Shown here piece by piece: positions 60,244 to 64,000 of a stretch of DNA of 64,000 bases. The DNA comes from an uncultured Bacteroidota bacterium. GTDB taxonomy: Bacteria; Bacteroidota; Ignavibacteria; UBA10030; UBA6906. Location: the NCBI GenBank assembly GCA_963700635.1, contig CAVOYH010000006.1, positions 96,001-160,000 on the forward strand, read 5' to 3'. A program made the position numbers and the translations under genes. Position 1 is the first letter of the stretch, and every line of letters begins with the position of its first letter. The notes under the pieces are model-generated. The model was not told the origin of the DNA. It worked only from the letters and a program-made list of their open reading frames with translations, and did no database searches.

Positions 60244-60666
60244 TCAGAATGGCAGGTCATCCTTGGAGCTGTCGCCACCTGTTGCGGGAGTTTCGGGAGC
60301 AGAATACGAGCTCCCGGAGTCACTCTGTTCCCGGGGATCGAGCATAATCATGTTGTTGGCCACGACCTCCGTCATATACTTTTTCGCTCCCGTGTTCTTG
60401 TCATCGTAACTTCTGGTCTGGATGCGGCCTTCGACATACACCCGGCGACCTTTTTTCAGATACTGCTGGCAGATCTCCGCAAGTTTTGCCCAGGCAACGA
60501 TGTTGTGCCACTCGGTACGTTCCTGCAAGTTCCCGTCCTGGTCCTTCCAGCTTTCGTTTGTTGCCAGAGAAAACGTGGCAACGGGAGCACCACCCCCCGT
60601 ATACCGCAGTTCGGGATCTTTGCCGAGATTGCCGATTAACATGACCTTGTTCAGACTCTTTGCCAT
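60244..60666 (-). CDS. ssb: Single-stranded DNA-binding protein
   Basis: [31 protein letters not shown]-terminal DDLPF. Confidence 0.97.
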   Translation of the reverse strand: MAKSLNKVMLIGNLGKDPELRYTGGGAPVATFSLATNESWKDQDGNLQERTEWHNIVAWAKLAEICQQYLKKGRRVYVEGRIQTRSYDDKNTGAKKYMTEVVANNMIMLDPREQSDSGSSYSAPETPATGGDSSKDDLPF

Positions 60667-60696
60667 GGCTCGTCCTTTCCAGAGAGTGACAGTATG

Positions 60697-61605
60697 CTAG
60701 GGAGATTTACCTTCTTTTTCAAGTGCGTTCACAGCCAATCCCGGACGGGGATCGGGCACAACATACACGTGGCCCGGAGAGAGAAGATACAGGCGCTCTC
60801 CGGCAAGCGAAAGAGATTGTACCGATTGTACCTCCTGGCCAACCAGCCCGGTAATCGGAATACGCGGGAGCACCCGGTGTGATTCCGTGAAGCACACAAG
60901 CTCCACCCCATCCACAACCACAACCCCTTTTTCGTCACCGGCGAGAAGAATGGGATCCATCAGGATGCCGCCTCCGACGGTAGTGAGGAAATTACCAAAG
61001 CTGTCAAACACCACCACTCGGGGGGGATCCAGGACATAGACCCAATCGTTGGGTCCGATTTCAACCTGAACCGGGTGCTGCAATCGTCCGGCGCCTCCCC
61101 CGAATCCACCGAATGTGGTCTCCACGCGGTTTGCGACATCCACCTTCACGATCCGGTTATTTTCGGAATCGCAGATGAATAATGTACCAAGGCGAGAGAG
61201 CGTAACATCCGTAGGATAGCCAAAGCGGATCGACTCATCGTCAGCATCACGAGTAGAGAGAGCAGAAACAAAACTCAACGTTCGGTCAAACCGTTGAATG
61301 CGGTGATTCCCATAGTCTGCGACATACACATCCAGACCATTTTTTGCCCAGAGGCCTGCGGGTTGATCAAATCTGCCGTTTTCCCATCCCGGTCCTCCGG
61401 CCATCCCCTGCCGTTTCATGGTCTGATCATACCAGGCCAGCGTACAATGATGTGCGTCAAGGACCATGATGTTCCCGTGAACGTCTACATCCAGGCGCGA
61501 TCCTTCAGCCTGCATGGAGAGCGGTTTTATCTGTGCCTGTCCGGCGGCAAACAGAACCGGCCACAGGAGCATCACGAAGTACAGGTACCTACCTGTGTGA
61601 CCCAT
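60697..61605 (-). CDS. Secreted NHL-repeat (beta-propeller) protein
   Basis: Signal peptide; FDQPAGL, VYVADYGNHRIQRFD, LFICDSENNRI. Confidence 0.85.
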   Translation of the reverse strand: MGHTGRYLYFVMLLWPVLFAAGQAQIKPLSMQAEGSRLDVDVHGNIMVLDAHHCTLAWYDQTMKRQGMAGGPGWENGRFDQPAGLWAKNGLDVYVADYGNHRIQRFDRTLSFVSALSTRDADDESIRFGYPTDVTLSRLGTLFICDSENNRIVKVDVANRVETTFGGFGGGAGRLQHPVQVEIGPNDWVYVLDPPRVVVFDSFGNFLTTVGGGILMDPILLAGDEKGVVVVDGVELVCFTESHRVLPRIPITGLVGQEVQSVQSLSLAGERLYLLSPGHVYVVPDPRPGLAVNALEKEGKSP

Positions 61606-63964
61606 CCCGGGTAGTCCTCATGGAAAGAAGATTTGCGAGTATTCTGAATGCCCCCGGGTGGATGCTCATCCATTGCGGGCCGAACGCGAGATCCGCGTAT
61701 GTCTTGCGGCCGTTCCCGTCCAGCGCGGTTACCAGAAGAGGGTGTTTGCTGTCATACCACACCGGGGTGTCGACCTTTGACCCTCCTGAAATCTTGACGG
61801 TGTTATAACCCGACGCAAACACCCAATCTTCAAACGCTGACTTCTCCAGGATGTTTGGCGTGCTCATCAACTCGTGAGTCGTGTCCATGATCGCGGGTAC
61901 ATCCGGACTGAGTGTCGGGTTGTGTTCCAGATGAACCATGTCCCAGAGCGGTGTGGAATTCCAAGCGGACGCGTCCTGGGCGAGTATGATAATATGCCCC
62001 CCCCGTTCTGCTATCTGATCAACGATGGGACGGATACGCGGAGCATCCGGAGATAATGTTGTCACCCGGCGGTCTATGAGCAGTACATCAAGGTCATCCC
62101 GGGCAGCGGAAAGTCCGGCAGCAGTCCTGAAGGTCCGCACGCTGGAAAGCCCCATTCTCCGGAGCGCGTCCGCTGTGGGACTTGCCTCGATGGACGTAAA
62201 CAGTCCGACCCTCATCGTGGTGTCGACATCCAGATCAAACTTACGCGCAGCAAAGCGGGCGACTTCTATTCCCCCGAGCGTGAGAGGAGCCAGATACATC
62301 CCTGCGGAGAGAGAATCCCGCCAGTGCAGATGCAGTGTGTCGGTTTGTGAAAGGCCCTTTTCATTCAGGCGCACGACCTTTGCGGGCGACTGAACAATGA
62401 TGTCATCCACCAGGATCGTATCGCGCAGACCATCCCGGCTGTTGTTCGTGAGGCGTGTGACGAGGAATTCACCCTCGATACACCGTACCAGTGGTGTGAG
62501 GACTTCGGCAGCAAGGCGCGGAGCATACCGGATAGGCAGGGAGATTCGGTAGACGAAGTTTTCCTCACGGATTCTCCCTGTGTGAAGCAGGAAGAGCATA
62601 ACCGGACGGGTGGTGACGGGATGTTCAAGATTGTGCTCAGCCCATGGAAGATCATAGAGAACCTTCTCGGGAGAAATCACGCGGTATTCACCGGGAACGG
62701 TGAGAGGGAGCCTGTTCCGGATTCCTTCGTTGAGGATCCAGCCGCGTTCTGCCGAAGGAAAGTAGACATCCGTGGTGCCCCCCTCCGGCAACCCTGTTAC
62801 CGAATGAATCCGTATGTGGGTCAGCTGCCGCTCCGTCAGGACGTTTTCTGAGAGTGAGTAGTCCACCGTTATCCCGAGCAGCGCATTCCGGAGGTTCTCA
62901 AGAGTACCTTTCCAATCCAGAAGCATTCGCATCCGGATGCCGGACCTTTCGATGGTGGTTCCCAGAGCCTGATCGACCGAGTCCATTACCTTCACCGTGC
63001 GCCGGAGGAGTTCTGCACGAGGCAGGCGTTTTGTCTGAATGTCCCGCCCATAGGACTGTATCACGCCGGATAATCCTTTAAGATCGCGCGGCACCTGCAA
63101 ATCAACCTGTTCATCGAGGCTTCTGGCACGTTTTTCCCCCGGTGAGAGGACAACACTGTATTTCTGTGACGAGGCCCGGGCGCGTCGCTGGATGTACTGC
63201 CAGGAGTAGGCACTTTCGAGTTCCGGCGTAATACTGCGAATATATCTGGCCGGTTCCGGTGCGATTTTTGTCTGCTGCAGCAGTACGCCCTTGGGCTTAC
63301 CATCATCCACCCAGAAGCGTGAGACATGCCATGGATCCCGTTCTTTTTCTACTACAACCGGGAGCGGTGATTTCCGGAGGTGCCCCGGCTTGACGACTTC
63401 ACGGAGCACCGTGAGCACGTGTCTCCAGAGCGGGCTTTCTGCGCCGCCTTCCCAGTCGCGTGAGAGCAGGACGATATGGGGTTTTATCGTGGATACGATT
63501 CCACGAAGGCTCTCCCGCAGGGAGTCTGCCGGCAACAATCCCCCCACTCCGGCATCATCTCTGACACTGCCTGGATCGGGGAAATTCAGAAAGCGCACAT
63601 CCACTTCCAATTGTCCGAGCGCCGTCGTGGTTGCATTACGCCGGACGGCTGCAAGCTGCCTGGGGAGCATTCCCACGGCGTCGTGTTCCCCGGACTCTCC
63701 ATTGGTGACGAAGGCACTCAGAACCTGCGCGCCCCTGCCGAACCGGAAATGGGCAAGTGCCTGGAGGTCTTCATCACCCGGCCGAAGGGATACCATAAGC
63801 ACCCGGAGTGGGTTTGTCAGTTCGTGTGCCCGTATTTGTACAGCAACACGTCCGGTGTCAGGAATGAGGGAGCGTGCGCCGGAGTCGGCGAAGGCTGCAG
63901 GACCGGCTATTACGGCCGCGAGCAGAAGTGCAGCAAAACGGAAGCGGATTGGCATAGAGTTCAT
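61589..63964 (-). CDS. Secreted PIG-L/LmbE-family-like multidomain protein with degenerate catalytic motifs
   Basis: Signal peptide; VLMVSLRPGDED, VTNGESGE, VRFLNFPD, KPHIVL; C-terminal GATase1-like region ending GAFRILANLLS. Confidence 0.7.
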   Translation of the reverse strand: MNSMPIRFRFAALLLAAVIAGPAAFADSGARSLIPDTGRVAVQIRAHELTNPLRVLMVSLRPGDEDLQALAHFRFGRGAQVLSAFVTNGESGEHDAVGMLPRQLAAVRRNATTTALGQLEVDVRFLNFPDPGSVRDDAGVGGLLPADSLRESLRGIVSTIKPHIVLLSRDWEGGAESPLWRHVLTVLREVVKPGHLRKSPLPVVVEKERDPWHVSRFWVDDGKPKGVLLQQTKIAPEPARYIRSITPELESAYSWQYIQRRARASSQKYSVVLSPGEKRARSLDEQVDLQVPRDLKGLSGVIQSYGRDIQTKRLPRAELLRRTVKVMDSVDQALGTTIERSGIRMRMLLDWKGTLENLRNALLGITVDYSLSENVLTERQLTHIRIHSVTGLPEGGTTDVYFPSAERGWILNEGIRNRLPLTVPGEYRVISPEKVLYDLPWAEHNLEHPVTTRPVMLFLLHTGRIREENFVYRISLPIRYAPRLAAEVLTPLVRCIEGEFLVTRLTNNSRDGLRDTILVDDIIVQSPAKVVRLNEKGLSQTDTLHLHWRDSLSAGMYLAPLTLGGIEVARFAARKFDLDVDTTMRVGLFTSIEASPTADALRRMGLSSVRTFRTAAGLSAARDDLDVLLIDRRVTTLSPDAPRIRPIVDQIAERGGHIIILAQDASAWNSTPLWDMVHLEHNPTLSPDVPAIMDTTHELMSTPNILEKSAFEDWVFASGYNTVKISGGSKVDTPVWYDSKHPLLVTALDGNGRKTYADLAFGPQWMSIHPGAFRILANLLSMRTTRDGSHR

Positions 63965-64000
63965 TCTTTAATGTACCAAGAGAAGGGATAAAAGAAAAGC

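Overview
GC-rich bacterial chromosomal segment of mostly core genes, mainly on the minus strand. The T9SS/FlgD-Ig C-terminal tails, a bS22-type small ribosomal protein, a 6S-like RNA, a Bacteroidota/Chlorobi-type SecA, TTGACA-type sigma70 promoters and GGAGG ribosome-binding sites suggest an Ignavibacteria-like member of the FCB group (inference). Genes in order: era, glnB, secA, dacB, glgB, DUF2007 and DUF4097 proteins, M28 peptidase, prmA, cysteine desulfurase, an M6-like metalloprotease and a multiheme cytochrome c (both with T9SS tails), ECF sigma/anti-sigma/Spy-like module, HIT, EF-G2, DUF948/YtxH, bS22, Zn-ribbon/TPR protein, HU/IHF, sppA, Hsp20 cluster, 6S-like RNA, trxB, queG, MBL hydrolase, ferredoxin, two-gene MetH, NMO/FabK-like, DipZ-like redoxin, TSUP, rsmI, AI-2E, dut, nuoA-F, acyl-CoA ligase, nrdJ, two thioredoxin-fold proteins, MacA/MacB-like exporter without ATPase, Lhr helicase, methyltransferase, carA, ssb, NHL protein and a degenerate PIG-L protein. 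The strongest candidate for an under-described system is the cytochrome with 8 CxxCH plus 1 contracted CxCH motif and a T9SS sorting domain, next to a T9SS protease (possible surface-displayed electron-transfer protein). Other signals of note: a complete sigma54/IHF/five-phased-enhancer promoter over the Hsp20 genes, a DnaA-box cluster between ssb and carA (candidate oriC), and an apparently natural split of MetH. Four single-base frameshifts in short homopolymers are probably sequencing errors. No tRNA, rRNA, CRISPR array or mobile element was seen.
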